Part shown: positions 10,367 through 20,674 of the stretch, piece after piece
How positions within the stretch are numbered: the stretch's first letter is position 1
Layout: the number at the start of each line of letters is the position of its first letter
From: Escherichia phage KKP 3954
Sequence record: OR067838.1
Reading direction: 5' to 3' (one strand)
Length of the DNA stretch: 64,000 nt
Notes under the pieces: model-generated
Database searches by the model: none
The model's input: the letters and a program-made list of their open reading frames with translations, nothing else
What the model was told of the DNA's origin: nothing
Made by a program: the position numbers and the translations under genes

Positions 10367-11101
10367 TTAGGCTCCTGTTGGTTTTAAGGACTCGGCACTT
10401 GAGCTACCGCTCTGAATGTTACGAACCGTGTGCGTGTGAGTATGGAATCCGATGCCATTACCATCTGTCATCAAACCGTTCTGATCTATTTTAAGACCAT
10501 TAATATCTGCTACGCCGCCTTTGAAAGTTAAATTACCACCTTTTAGATCCAAAGTCCCTGTGCCATCTGTAATAGTAATACCAGAGGTAGTAATATCTAT
10601 TCTCATCCCTTGACTATTCCATATTGAAATATTACCTGTAGGGTCGAAAGAAGCGTATGTGTTTTTGTTATTAGAAATAACTACCTTTTCAGAATCTACG
10701 GCTTCTGTTGAATCTGTTCCTGTAGCTATTTTGGGAATAAAACAAATAGGGTATAATCCACAAGGCTGCATAAAAGTGGATGACGAAGAGGTTTCCCCAC
10801 TAGTTTGCAGTGCATTAGAAGGATCTCTTTCAGAAAATATAACAGTTCCTAAATCGCCAGCTTTAATAGGGAATGAGATTCTTCCTGTCCCACCACCATT
10901 AACCATAAAAGGAACGTCTTCAAAAGTAGGATAATCTATTTCATCTTCACTAGATCGTGTGTTTTTAACAATAGACTCTAAAGTGACAGTTTTAGCACCA
11001 TAATTAACGCCAGTCACACGGACTGGCAAGGCTGTATGGACTTCTGCTAATTGTTCTGTCATTAAGCCACGCATTGCTGTGACAAAATTCAATGCATCCA
11101 T
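10367..11101 (-). CDS. baseplate central spike (gpV/gp5-like)
   Basis: C-terminal beta-helix-like G/T repeats and HTHTH metal-binding-like tip motif. Confidence 0.5.
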   Translation of the reverse strand: MDALNFVTAMRGLMTEQLAEVHTALPVRVTGVNYGAKTVTLESIVKNTRSSEDEIDYPTFEDVPFMVNGGGTGRISFPIKAGDLGTVIFSERDPSNALQTSGETSSSSTFMQPCGLYPICFIPKIATGTDSTEAVDSEKVVISNNKNTYASFDPTGNISIWNSQGMRIDITTSGITITDGTGTLDLKGGNLTFKGGVADINGLKIDQNGLMTDGNGIGFHTHTHTVRNIQSGSSSAESLKPTGA

Positions 11102-12111
11102 TATTTCTCCTTAGTCATTATTTCAGACACGGATACACACTCCACTTCAGTAACCCACTCTTTACCCTCTTTATCACCATTGTGAGAAACAGAAACAACT
11201 TTAAATGGACCATCATAATCTCGGCTTTTTAACCAGATTGTTTTTTCTGGTAAAATTGCACCGTTCATTTGGCATTTAAATTTAACACCATCTGTAGGTT
11301 TCTTTGCCTTCTTAGAGGACTTGGTAACTTTTTTAGTAGGTTTAATATCGTTGTGGAATGGTTCTGGACTTCCTATCAGACCAGTTTCAGGGCTAATATA
11401 GGCGCTACGTGCACTAGACATTTGTGAACGAGGAGTGACATAAACAGATCCATCTTGTATTGACACATTGTGATCAATACTTTTACAAATATGTTCTAGG
11501 TAATGTGAAGTGTTTCCACACATAGCTGTTGCTGAAGATAAGGTTTGATCATTATCTACGTGTATATTACCTTCTGTAGTTCCTAAATCCTTTACCAAAT
11601 CTGTAACAACACGTTTGATTTTAGTTCCTTTTGGATAACTGCGGCTTGTTCTTGCTTCTGCAATGTTAATACCGCCATCCAAACAGTGTAAAGTGGTTTT
11701 CCTGTCTACCGAGTCAAAAGTATCACTAACCCACTGGATAGTTCCTTTGAAGACCATAACCAACTCTTCACCTTCGTATCCTACCGCTAAAGCAACAGCC
11801 AAGTTATTTCGGATACCACGGTTTATATAGTTAACAGTATCATCCGAAAGGTTATAAACTACAATCTCTGCTTGGTTAGGATCTTTGTTATTATCTTTCT
11901 TAATGCTGAAGGTTATTTGATGGTCTTGCAACAAATACAAATTAGAAGAGGATTTTTCTGTTGTCCCTAACTTGGTATCCAAATCTACCGTAGATTTAAA
12001 TGCCGAGTTCTTAGTTCTCTTCTGTATTGTGTTTGTGGCAGAACCAATTAATAATTTGTATGCCCTGTTTAAATTAGGGGCAGGAGCTTTTGTATACTCT
12101 CTTTCTGCCAT
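11101..12111 (-). CDS. baseplate hub protein (gpD/XkdQ-like)
   Basis: 336 aa, position between TMP-proximal genes and spike. Confidence 0.4.
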   Translation of the reverse strand: MAEREYTKAPAPNLNRAYKLLIGSATNTIQKRTKNSAFKSTVDLDTKLGTTEKSSSNLYLLQDHQITFSIKKDNNKDPNQAEIVVYNLSDDTVNYINRGIRNNLAVALAVGYEGEELVMVFKGTIQWVSDTFDSVDRKTTLHCLDGGINIAEARTSRSYPKGTKIKRVVTDLVKDLGTTEGNIHVDNDQTLSSATAMCGNTSHYLEHICKSIDHNVSIQDGSVYVTPRSQMSSARSAYISPETGLIGSPEPFHNDIKPTKKVTKSSKKAKKPTDGVKFKCQMNGAILPEKTIWLKSRDYDGPFKVVSVSHNGDKEGKEWVTEVECVSVSEIMTKEK

Positions 12112-12120
12112 ATTATCTCC

Positions 12121-12399
12121 TTACGCCTGATTAGGTTTGTTATCAATATAAACCAATACAAAACGTTTATCTCGACCTGTAGTTGTATACCCAGGACGAC
12201 CATTAATCTTAACTGTATCTACTATATACAATTGACCATCTGGCACACTTTCAAGATATTTATAAGGTTTAAGAAGATCTAAACCATTTGTAACTTTGAA
12301 ACTTATACTTGGATCATCTCCAGATAATCCTATCTGACATTGCCAAGACTCGTCCCTAGTGTTCCACCTTAAACGAATGTCATAATCAACTCCATCCAA
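12121..12399 (-). CDS. small tail/baseplate protein; N-terminus probably extends to ATG near 12449
   Basis: Track start is TTG; adding one A to the A4 run upstream gives MVSEKLKSIPDQTYTVTLDGVDYD in frame from ATG at about 12449..12447. Confidence 0.3.
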   Translation of the reverse strand: MDGVDYDIRLRWNTRDESWQCQIGLSGDDPSISFKVTNGLDLLKPYKYLESVPDGQLYIVDTVKINGRPGYTTTGRDKRFVLVYIDNKPNQA

Positions 12400-12537
12400 T
12401 GTAACTGTATATGTTTGATCAGGTATACTCTTCAGTTTTCAGATACCATGCAAAATAAGTAGAATGGTCCTCCAGATAAACTGCACTGTAGCCTGTATTA
12501 CTTGTAGACCTTGTTGTTTTAGAATAAGTTGTCACTA

Positions 12538-13239
12538 TTAACCTCCGTTGTTTGTTGGGGTATTAGTAGCTTCAGCAGTTCTTACTGTAATATCTGACTT
12601 AGGACCATTCGAAGCAACTTGACCTTTCACATCACCACCAGTTGACTTATTTGGTGCTGTTTTTACAGCAATAGCGTTAGTAGTGGCCTTAGAAACGAGA
12701 CGGATTTGTTCAAACTCTAAATCAAATTGCATAGCAAATTCAGATTTATAATCATACGAATAACCTTTGAGGATAACATTTTCAAAAGTTCTGTGTTCTG
12801 TCAAAAGAACTATTGGTTGTCTTGCCTCAAATATTTGGTCTAGATATTCTATTGCTTGAGAAATCCTTGCTCCATTTACACCTGCACTGTATAATTGATC
12901 TCGCATAAGCCGAATTGGTGTTTCGGTAATTATACCTGAAAGTTTAAATCTGTTGTTTTTTATTTGAACGTGGTCACTTACATCCGATCCTGATTCTACT
13001 GGAAAACTTGTAACATCTGCCTCACGAGTTACACCTACTTCAGGGACCGAATCGAAAGTAATTGCTTTAAAGTTTTGAATGTATTGATCACTTGAACTAT
13101 TATAAACACTTGCTAAAATGCAGAAACCATTATCACCCTTTACAGTAGATGCCGAGGTATTTTTATTCTCGGTAGAGTTGATTTCCTGTTCTGCCTTATA
13201 GACGGCTCTCACCGACTGTTGTGGAGTCATTGCTGCCAT
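12538..13239 (-). CDS. tail protein of unknown function
   Basis: 233-aa ORF between tape measure and baseplate genes. Confidence 0.3.
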   Translation of the reverse strand: MAAMTPQQSVRAVYKAEQEINSTENKNTSASTVKGDNGFCILASVYNSSSDQYIQNFKAITFDSVPEVGVTREADVTSFPVESGSDVSDHVQIKNNRFKLSGIITETPIRLMRDQLYSAGVNGARISQAIEYLDQIFEARQPIVLLTEHRTFENVILKGYSYDYKSEFAMQFDLEFEQIRLVSKATTNAIAVKTAPNKSTGGDVKGQVASNGPKSDITVRTAEATNTPTNNGG

Positions 13240-13365
13240 GATAACCTCGTAGTAATGATAATGCCAAAAGGAAGATGCAAGATCTTCCCATATTGATTAT
13301 TGTAACACATATAGAAACTTCGTGTCAAGGAAAACGAAAATACCCCGCCGAAGCGAGGTATTTTA

Positions 13366-14985
13366 TTAACCACCAGTGTTAGATTGTCCACTTAGAGTTG
13401 AAAGAGACAAACGTTGGAAAATACTATTTCCGCTATTTTGAATTCTTGCATCAAGAATATTTCCAAACTCGGAAGAAGGGCTGATCGTAACTTTGATAAG
13501 ATCACTTGGTATTGCTACCGTATTCTCAACAACAGGTTGATTACGAGCCAAACTTACGTTAGGTGTATAGGCTGATTCACGTAAATCTTCAAGAGGATTA
13601 CCAAATCCAAAAGCACGTGTCCTTGTTTGTTCTCCTCTCCACATACGACCAATATCTTGTGTATCAATACCTGTTAAATTATACAACCAATCTGCTACAG
13701 GATTGCTGTCTCCACTTTGCGTTGCCTCGTATGCTTTTTGTGCCAAAGATTTATTAGGATCTGTGTTGTCTCCGAAGGTATCTGGGAATGTTTCTTTAAG
13801 CCAATTGGTAAAAGATCCGAAACCATCTCCTAATTCTTTAGCAAAACCACCAAGTTGAACTGTTGTTTTACCAAGTTCTTCACCTAAATCTTTGGCGAAC
13901 TGATCTAGCACTTTAACGTTATCCAACCAAGAATCATCTTTAGGTAAAGCTTTTACAAAACCTTCTAAGAAATGGTTCTGCATACCTTGACCTACAAGCT
14001 GAACTGTTGCAGCAAAACGAGTAAACTCTTTAGAAGCATCTATTTGTTCTTGAGTTAATGTTGCACCTGTTCTTTGAAGCATTTTCAATACTTCATTATA
14101 CCCTTCGCCGTTTTTACTAAACATACGTTGGTAGTGCATAAGGTCATCACCAAGGTTTTCAAGAAGTCGCCCGATTTGAGCGGAGTTCATACCTCGACGC
14201 TCACCTTCATTAACAGTAGCCTGAATAAAAGCTAAAGGATCGTTCTGTAAAGGTTTAAGCTGTTCTGGATTCCATCCAAACAAGTTCATAATGTCAGTTA
14301 TGCCATTATCACCGCCTTTCCACTTCCCTTCTTTCTCATTCCACTTTGCAGCTAAAACTGTATTACCAAGACGTTCACGAACGTCTTTAATATTATCTAT
14401 TGATTTAATAATATTTGCAGAGTCTACACCGTTCTGTTCACCCCAAGCTGTCATTGCCAAAATAGCGTTGGCGTTTGTCTGAACGTTTTCAGCACCACGG
14501 CTTACAAGTTTAATTCTTTCGTTAGTATTCATCAACGTGTTACCAACTACAGAACCACCTGCAAACAGCCCAGCACCTATTAAAGAGGATGCAATCATGC
14601 GTGGATTAAGACCTGCCGCACCTTCTTTTAATTGTCCATATCGACGATCACGATCACGTTTTTGTTGAGCTAATTCACGCTTACGGTTGCGTTCTATATC
14701 TCTAAGTTCACGATTTCGCATACGTATACGCATTTTAGCTTCTGCTTCTAACTCTCTACGAATACGGCGACGACCGCGAACCTCGTCTTCTATTTCAGCA
14801 TTCTTTTCACGATGCGATCTGCGTAAAGCATCCAACTGGTGAGCAAGAGCTTGGTTCATACGTTGAAGAGTTATTTCACCCTTTTTGTATTGCTCTACAG
14901 CTTTACCCATAACATCTCTAGCTTCTTGCATAGCGCCAGGACTGGCTTTACTAAATGCTCTTGCTCTGTAGTTAAAGTTCTGCAA
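13366..14985 (-). CDS. tail tape measure protein, main part
   Basis: 539 aa, Arg/Glu-rich coiled-coil N-region then Gly-rich hydrophobic segment; follows tail chaperones. Confidence 0.5.
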   Translation of the reverse strand: MQNFNYRARAFSKASPGAMQEARDVMGKAVEQYKKGEITLQRMNQALAHQLDALRRSHREKNAEIEDEVRGRRRIRRELEAEAKMRIRMRNRELRDIERNRKRELAQQKRDRDRRYGQLKEGAAGLNPRMIASSLIGAGLFAGGSVVGNTLMNTNERIKLVSRGAENVQTNANAILAMTAWGEQNGVDSANIIKSIDNIKDVRERLGNTVLAAKWNEKEGKWKGGDNGITDIMNLFGWNPEQLKPLQNDPLAFIQATVNEGERRGMNSAQIGRLLENLGDDLMHYQRMFSKNGEGYNEVLKMLQRTGATLTQEQIDASKEFTRFAATVQLVGQGMQNHFLEGFVKALPKDDSWLDNVKVLDQFAKDLGEELGKTTVQLGGFAKELGDGFGSFTNWLKETFPDTFGDNTDPNKSLAQKAYEATQSGDSNPVADWLYNLTGIDTQDIGRMWRGEQTRTRAFGFGNPLEDLRESAYTPNVSLARNQPVVENTVAIPSDLIKVTISPSSEFGNILDARIQNSGNSIFQRLSLSTLSGQSNTGG

Positions 14986-15043
14986 ACGAAGATTACCTAA
15001 GTCTTCCCTACGTGCTGCTGCTTTAGCTTCGCGTTCAGCAGCT

Positions 15044-15355
15044 TTACGAGCTTTTTTCTTCTTCTCTTCCTTGCGGGGTTTTAGGAGTTCTAGGTCTGCC
15101 AGATCCGCCTACAGGAGCACCCGCTCCAGCGGGAGTAGGTGCTCGCATAGGTTTTTGACTTTGAGTTTGAGCTTTCTTAAGTTCACGCTCAATCTCTTTC
15201 ATTTGTTGTCTAAACTTGGTCATGTTCATAGTGGGTTGCATTTTATTTGCAAACTTCTGAACACTCAACACGGCATCTTTTGCTTCCTTGAGACTGTTCT
15301 TGTCCACCTTAAACGTAACCACGTTACTAATTTTGGAGGCGTTAATTTCTAACAA
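15044..15355 (-). CDS. tape measure protein N-terminal segment, separated by apparent frameshift
   Basis: Frame stays open from 15099 into the 13366..14985 ORF; deleting one A of the A6 run at 15047-15052 fuses them. Confidence 0.4.
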   Translation of the reverse strand: MLEINASKISNVVTFKVDKNSLKEAKDAVLSVQKFANKMQPTMNMTKFRQQMKEIERELKKAQTQSQKPMRAPTPAGAGAPVGGSGRPRTPKTPQGREEEKSS

Positions 15356-15375
15356 AGTATGTTCCTCGTGTTGGA

Positions 15376-15714
15376 TTAAACAAGTTTCTTAAACAAATCT
15401 GACATTTTATTTGTCTGGTTTTGATGTTTTCTCTTTATTGAAGTGTCTTTAACATACATGGCTTCAACATACTCTTCGTATGTTAAATACTCATATAGTT
15501 TTAAAAGATAATCTACACCGTAGTTATCCAATGTTTTCAGTGTTTCCGAGGTATCTTTAACGACTTTGCAAAGAATAACCTCATACCACTTCAAAGTAAG
15601 GGTTTTCGTTGCTGTGTCGATAGCATGTTCAATCGCAGGTGTTAATTTGCTGCTAAACTCGTCATCGCCTGAAGCTGTGTGAACAGTTTTCCGAAACCTC
15701 GTTTGAAAAAAGGG
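15376..15714 (-). CDS. tail assembly chaperone frameshift extension (gpGT-like)
   Basis: The -1 frame is open from the slippery site into ORF 15376..15594. Confidence 0.45.
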   Translation of the reverse strand, partial: PFFQTRFRKTVHTASGDDEFSSKLTPAIEHAIDTATKTLTLKWYEVILCKVVKDTSETLKTLDNYGVDYLLKLYEYLTYEEYVEAMYVKDTSIKRKHQNQTNKMSDLFKKLV

Positions 15715-16124
15715 CCGTAGTTTACCTCCAGAACTTTAGCAGTAAGATCTAACACTAGTTCTGGGTGAGCCATAAATAATTCATCAAAATTTTCTGCAAC
15801 GTTATAACCGTCTTGAGTATAAACCTCATCTAAAATTTTACGCAAAAAGACAGTTAAATTCTTTTCTTCCAAACCTGCAAAAAGTTGGATCAGTGCCATA
15901 GCAATACGTGACTCAAGGTCTTCGTCTGCGGACATTGTTGCTGTGCTATACATAGTCATAGGAACAACCAGAACACTACCCAATTCTGGAATCCTGTCAA
16001 ACACTTTAGATGGACTCCACTTCATAATACGGAAAGTAACAGATCTGTTTCCATCTAACGGAATCTCAACTACTTCTTCTGGTCGAGCATATTTTTGAAT
16101 TGTGTTATCTTGTTCTTGTGACAT
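15642..16124 (-). CDS. tail assembly chaperone (gpG-like)
   Basis: 160 aa between tube and tape measure; contains slippery heptamer near 3' end. Confidence 0.5.
   Translation of the reverse strand: MSQEQDNTIQKYARPEEVVEIPLDGNRSVTFRIMKWSPSKVFDRIPELGSVLVVPMTMYSTATMSADEDLESRIAMALIQLFAGLEEKNLTVFLRKILDEVYTQDGYNVAENFDELFMAHPELVLDLTAKVLEVNYGPFFKRGFGKLFTQLQAMTSLAAN
15708..15714 (-). promoter_or_regulatory. -1 ribosomal frameshift slippery heptamer C_CCU_UUU
   Basis: Minus-strand GGC CCT TTT TTC; X_XXY_YYZ in the zero frame of the chaperone gene. Confidence 0.5.
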
Positions 16125-16169
16125 ATTTTCCTCTCTAATGATAAAAAGGGCATTTCTGCCCTTTATTTA

Positions 16170-16649
16170 TTATTGAATTGTCAGAGCAGAGATTGAGTTA
16201 AGGGTGCTCAAACCTACACCAACTTCATTACGCAGAAGGCTTGCATCTTTAAGACCAATAACCCATTGGTTCTCTGTAATCATTTCGCCAATAGTATCTT
16301 CAGGCTGACTTTGAATCCATCCAATCGTGCTAATGTAATAGCCACGTGGGTCTTCCAAGTAAACACTGAATGCTACTTGACGAGTAGAATACATTGTTTG
16401 TGCATATGTTGCAAGTACTTCGTTAGCTGGAGATGTGCGTTGCAAAGACATTGTGAGTGTTCCCAAACGGTTACGACTCAAAGCTAGTGAAACGTCGCCA
16501 TCAGTCCCTGAATAAGGGTTGATAATATCGTTAGATTTAGCAATAACGATTTTAGTATCAGCCGCAAAACCCCACGGTTCCCAACCACCTAATGAAAGGA
16601 TAACTTGAGATGGGTCGTAGGCCATTACGCCAGTAAGCATTTTATCCAT
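16170..16649 (-). CDS. tail tube protein
   Basis: 159 aa directly downstream of sheath. Confidence 0.5.
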   Translation of the reverse strand: MDKMLTGVMAYDPSQVILSLGGWEPWGFAADTKIVIAKSNDIINPYSGTDGDVSLALSRNRLGTLTMSLQRTSPANEVLATYAQTMYSTRQVAFSVYLEDPRGYYISTIGWIQSQPEDTIGEMITENQWVIGLKDASLLRNEVGVGLSTLNSISALTIQ

Positions 16650-16661
16650 TATAGATCCTCT

Positions 16662-17783
16662 TTATTTTGATAACGGGGGGCTTAACCCCCGCCGTATTAG
16701 TTTGCAAGTACGGTTAGTCAGGACGTTGACCTGAACTTTAACGTAATGGAAGAAGCCAGCGTAAACATATTCAATCTTCATCCCATCAACCAGACGAGCA
16801 TTGATTTGCGCATCGGTCATATCGGCACGAGAAGGAATATAAACAATAGGTTTCAGATCGACACGCAAACCAGTCTCTTCAGAAGTAACAACTTCATTAG
16901 CGATGGAACCGTTGAGGATACCTACTTGGATCGGGTTAGCCAGAACAGCTTGTCGAATCAAAGCCAGACCGTTTGAAGTAGCACGAACACCACCACCCAG
17001 CATAGACTGTTGTTTAAACAGTGTAAACAGTGATTCTTCTGTGCGAGCTTTAAACCACAAAGCATGAACAACATAGTCAACAAAGAAACCGCTAACCATC
17101 AATCCATCACGATAGAACAGAGTTCCATGCTCTTTACGATAGATGTTACCGTTCTGTTGAACAATATTGTTTTCCGAAGTCTGATCCAGTTTCTCGATCT
17201 CTACTCCTACCAGTGTTTTACCGTGAAGGGTAGTTAAACCAGGTTGACGAGAACAGATTGCACCAACAACTGCTGCTTCTGGGAATACAGAATCTGCATC
17301 AGTCATCCACAAAGCAAAGCAAGTGTTATTATAACCGAGGTCATTCAGTCGTTCCAGAACGTTATCTTCTGCTTTCGTTTTAATTCCAGGTTCAGAGCTA
17401 GAGAAGAAGTAAACTTTATCATTCTCTTCTACCCATGCAGCCAAAGCTAGAACATCTTCTGTTTCATGGGAATCTGAAAGGGTCCAGAACCAGCTACTAT
17501 CAATATCATGCAGAGCAGCGATATCTTCCGTAATAGCATTAGCATAGACAGTTTCTTGAGTGAAACCTGTGCTGTCAATAGAACCAAACTTACCTTCTAC
17601 TGGAGTGAAAGTCATTGCAGCGCCGTTGTTAGCTACTGTAAACAGTGGGCCATAAACAAGATCTGCATTGATCATTTCAGTCAGACCAACTACAATCTCT
17701 TGTGCAGTTGCAGTGTCATCAGCAATGAATTTAAATTCTTTTTTCTTGGGTACCATTTTTGATGGTAATTGTGTAAGTTGCAC
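16662..17783 (-). CDS. tail sheath protein, C-terminal part
   Basis: 373 aa; overlaps upstream fragment in another frame at an A6/T6 run. Confidence 0.5.
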   Translation of the reverse strand: MQLTQLPSKMVPKKKEFKFIADDTATAQEIVVGLTEMINADLVYGPLFTVANNGAAMTFTPVEGKFGSIDSTGFTQETVYANAITEDIAALHDIDSSWFWTLSDSHETEDVLALAAWVEENDKVYFFSSSEPGIKTKAEDNVLERLNDLGYNNTCFALWMTDADSVFPEAAVVGAICSRQPGLTTLHGKTLVGVEIEKLDQTSENNIVQQNGNIYRKEHGTLFYRDGLMVSGFFVDYVVHALWFKARTEESLFTLFKQQSMLGGGVRATSNGLALIRQAVLANPIQVGILNGSIANEVVTSEETGLRVDLKPIVYIPSRADMTDAQINARLVDGMKIEYVYAGFFHYVKVQVNVLTNRTCKLIRRGLSPPLSK

Positions 17784-18072
17784 TATCTTCTACGATTGGA
17801 GTTAGAGTAAAGTTTGTAACTTCACGCTTACCAACCATGACTTGATCTGGTGGGAACAAACCGTTAAACAGTTTGACTGCCATAATATACGCTGGATCAT
17901 TTAATCCATAACCTGCTTCCAAAAGTGCATCGGAAGAAGAGTAATATTGAATCGCTTCGCCAGTTACGTTCTGACCTGTAAGGATCAGAGGAATATCGAA
18001 CTGGGTTTCACGAATTGATGTAGCACCATACAGTAAAGTTACGGTTGCTACCTTTTCACGAAAAGTTGCCAT
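17731..18072 (-). CDS. tail sheath protein, N-terminal part
   Basis: 113 aa; together about 486 aa, typical sheath length. Confidence 0.45.
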   Translation of the reverse strand: MATFREKVATVTLLYGATSIRETQFDIPLILTGQNVTGEAIQYYSSSDALLEAGYGLNDPAYIMAVKLFNGLFPPDQVMVGKREVTNFTLTPIVEDSATYTITIKNGTQEKRI

Positions 18073-18106
18073 TTATGCTCCTGTTAGAAACTTAATTCCA
18101 ATGAGT

Positions 18107-18766
18107 TTATTCGGTAGGGTTGTTAAATAATGATCCATTTTGATTGACTGACGAGTATTCGCCTGGAACCAAAGTAATTGCATAAACCCTGTTTAGAATT
18201 AAATCTAAAGGGATAGGATCATTGTAACTATCTCTGAATGAACGGATGTGCATGTTGATTGCTTCTATTGGTGTAGTAGCAATATCTTCAATACTCATAC
18301 GAGTGTTGAACGTCATAACCATACGCGCTCTTAATTCAGTCTTATCTCCGTCTACAATCGTATTGGCTTGAGCTATATTAGAGGCTCCTAAAAAACCAAG
18401 ACCTTTAGAATAGAGATGTTTGTATTTTAATTCCTCTGCACCACGGAGAGCAGCCAGAACATAGCTCATCAAAGTGGTAGGTCTTCCACGATAGGCTACA
18501 AGTTCAATCTCGTAGGTATTATCCATCTCGTAGGAATACATATCATTTTGAATAGAGCTTCGGTAAGACCAACCTCCAGAATCGCTGGAAGTGATAATAC
18601 GTAGTGCTAGGTAAGGAGTATCCGGTTTAATGAATGGCTTATCCATAACATAGACTGGCAACCCCACTAATTCTTGAAGGAAGCCACCTATATTTAAGTA
18701 GATGGCATTTTCGTATGCTTCTATTTGTTGGTAAATATTAGCCAAAGTTTCCTCCTTCTGTTCCAT
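18107..18766 (-). CDS. head-tail joining / tail completion protein
   Basis: 219 aa, position between head and sheath genes. Confidence 0.3.
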   Translation of the reverse strand: MEQKEETLANIYQQIEAYENAIYLNIGGFLQELVGLPVYVMDKPFIKPDTPYLALRIITSSDSGGWSYRSSIQNDMYSYEMDNTYEIELVAYRGRPTTLMSYVLAALRGAEELKYKHLYSKGLGFLGASNIAQANTIVDGDKTELRARMVMTFNTRMSIEDIATTPIEAINMHIRSFRDSYNDPIPLDLILNRVYAITLVPGEYSSVNQNGSLFNNPTE

Positions 18767-19187
18767 AAGACCAGGAGTTGTTTTGATCGTCTAATATTGC
18801 AACACAGTGATGATGGACTAAGAAAGATGTTCTGGTCCAATCTTTAAGGGAATAAACAGAATACCATTTACCATCTATCAGTATCTGATCTGATAACTGT
18901 TCTGTTCCTTGTTGTAACCCCTTCATTTCTGTTTTAGTCCAGAAACTATATTGAGCCTTAGATCTGTAACCTTCAGGTAGTGCATTCAGTGTTTTACCAG
19001 ATATCGGTTGTAAGCTTGCCGCTTCAATAGTAAATGGTTCATATTCTACACTACTTTCTAAGTTAGCAATAACTGAACCAACCGCCTCTTTGTAGACTCG
19101 TCTACGACCTTGGTATTCAGTTAGATCAAGGAGAGTAAATTGATCTAGTAACACTTGTATCTCCTTTTTAGTATACATCAAAAACAA
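18738..19187 (-). CDS. hypothetical head-tail connector protein
   Basis: 149-aa ORF in morphogenesis operon. Confidence 0.3.
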   Translation of the reverse strand: MFLMYTKKEIQVLLDQFTLLDLTEYQGRRRVYKEAVGSVIANLESSVEYEPFTIEAASLQPISGKTLNALPEGYRSKAQYSFWTKTEMKGLQQGTEQLSDQILIDGKWYSVYSLKDWTRTSFLVHHHCVAILDDQNNSWSYGTEGGNFG

Positions 19188-19199
19188 AGTTTATGCAAG

Positions 19200-19688
19200 T
19201 TATTTTTTAGACTTGCTTTTTGTGATTTTTGTTTCGATTGCATTTATCATGTATGCCGTATCTATTAAGATATGATTAGAATAGTTGCCTTTATCTTGTC
19301 GTATCTTAATTGTCACAGGAGATAAAGGACGATAACGTTGCATTGCAATCGCTTGAGCTATTCCTTCTCTAGAGGCTCTCGCTATAGGCTCAAAAACAGC
19401 TAACCCAACATTATTCATTAAGTAATTTGCAAACACCTGCTTCATCTTTTTAGCGATATTGTTCTGTGAGATAACAGCACCATCTGTTATAAAAGGGCGA
19501 GCAGGTATGTTATTTGTTTCATTACCATATTGTTGAATAGCTGCTATTGCAGGAATAGTGAGATCTGATTCAGGATGCCTTTTGTTTGTTAAAAAACCAG
19601 CTTCGATTTGAACTTGTTCAAGGTCCATCATCTTTTTGATAATGGTTTCCCAATCCGTATCATCACCTGGTAAGATCTCACTTTCCAT
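19200..19688 (-). CDS. hypothetical head-tail connector protein
   Basis: 162-aa ORF in morphogenesis operon. Confidence 0.3.
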   Translation of the reverse strand: MESEILPGDDTDWETIIKKMMDLEQVQIEAGFLTNKRHPESDLTIPAIAAIQQYGNETNNIPARPFITDGAVISQNNIAKKMKQVFANYLMNNVGLAVFEPIARASREGIAQAIAMQRYRPLSPVTIKIRQDKGNYSNHILIDTAYMINAIETKITKSKSKK

Positions 19689-20236
19689 TATTTGTCCCTA
19701 CGATAAAAAGAAACAGGTCCATAATTTCGCAAATAATTAACGTTGCGTGTATTACGATCAACACTTGCAACATTACCAAGACCATTTACAGAGTTAGGAT
19801 CGCTGTTTACTCGATCAATCTCACGAGCATCAACACCACCAATAAGAACTTTACTGGTTGCTCCTCGTCCTGCCATGCACCCAGGAATAACCATAAGACC
19901 ATTTAAATAGTTATGATAAATATCTTCCCACGGAGACTTATAAGTTACTTGACCGTTGTTAAATTTAACTTCAACTTCGACTTCACCCATCTTTTCTCTG
20001 CGGGACATAGCTCCTCCTGTTTGAGTATTGTTATTAAGAACATCGTTGTTCCATAAATACTCTAAAACAGAAATCAAGCTGTTCCACAATACTGCACACT
20101 TATCCTTATCTTCATTCCCTATAATATCAATCCAAGTCTGGATGATCTGAATCAGCATTGCATCTGGCAATACTTCTTGAGAAGGGTTATAAACAAGAAT
20201 TCGGATCAGTGGTGCCAACTCTACCGCATTCAGCAT
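19688..20236 (-). CDS. hypothetical head completion protein
   Basis: 182-aa ORF, start/stop overlap with neighbour. Confidence 0.3.
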   Translation of the reverse strand: MLNAVELAPLIRILVYNPSQEVLPDAMLIQIIQTWIDIIGNEDKDKCAVLWNSLISVLEYLWNNDVLNNNTQTGGAMSRREKMGEVEVEVKFNNGQVTYKSPWEDIYHNYLNGLMVIPGCMAGRGATSKVLIGGVDAREIDRVNSDPNSVNGLGNVASVDRNTRNVNYLRNYGPVSFYRRDK

Positions 20237-20245
20237 AAGCCCACC

Positions 20246-20644
20246 TTATTTTTTACGAAGGGAACGTTTTTTAGCTGGAGTGTCTACCGCTTCTACTTTT
20301 AAAACTTCTTCTTTGATTTTTACAGGTGCATAGTCTTCGTAACTTACAAGATAGTAACCCATGTGTTCTTCACTTGCAAAAGGATGCACAAGAATACCTG
20401 TTTCTTCTCTCAAACGCGTGAGGAAGTGAATGAAGTTTCCACCTAATGCAATACGACCATCTTTCAGATAGAAAGACATTGGTGGCGCAGATACTAATGT
20501 TTTATCAGCATCAATCAGTGGTGAAAGCGATTCGAAATCACGAATCATTTCGTGATAACTAAAGTAACGTTTCAATTCTGGGTTTGACATATCAATCTCC
20601 TCATTGTAAACTCTTGTTGTAAACAGAAAAGGCTCGCCCATCAC
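20246..20644 (-). CDS. hypothetical protein
   Basis: 132-aa ORF downstream of major capsid. Confidence 0.3.
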   Translation of the reverse strand: MMGEPFLFTTRVYNEEIDMSNPELKRYFSYHEMIRDFESLSPLIDADKTLVSAPPMSFYLKDGRIALGGNFIHFLTRLREETGILVHPFASEEHMGYYLVSYEDYAPVKIKEEVLKVEAVDTPAKKRSLRKK

Positions 20645-20674
20645 GGACGAGCCTCTAATATTAACAGAGTTCTG

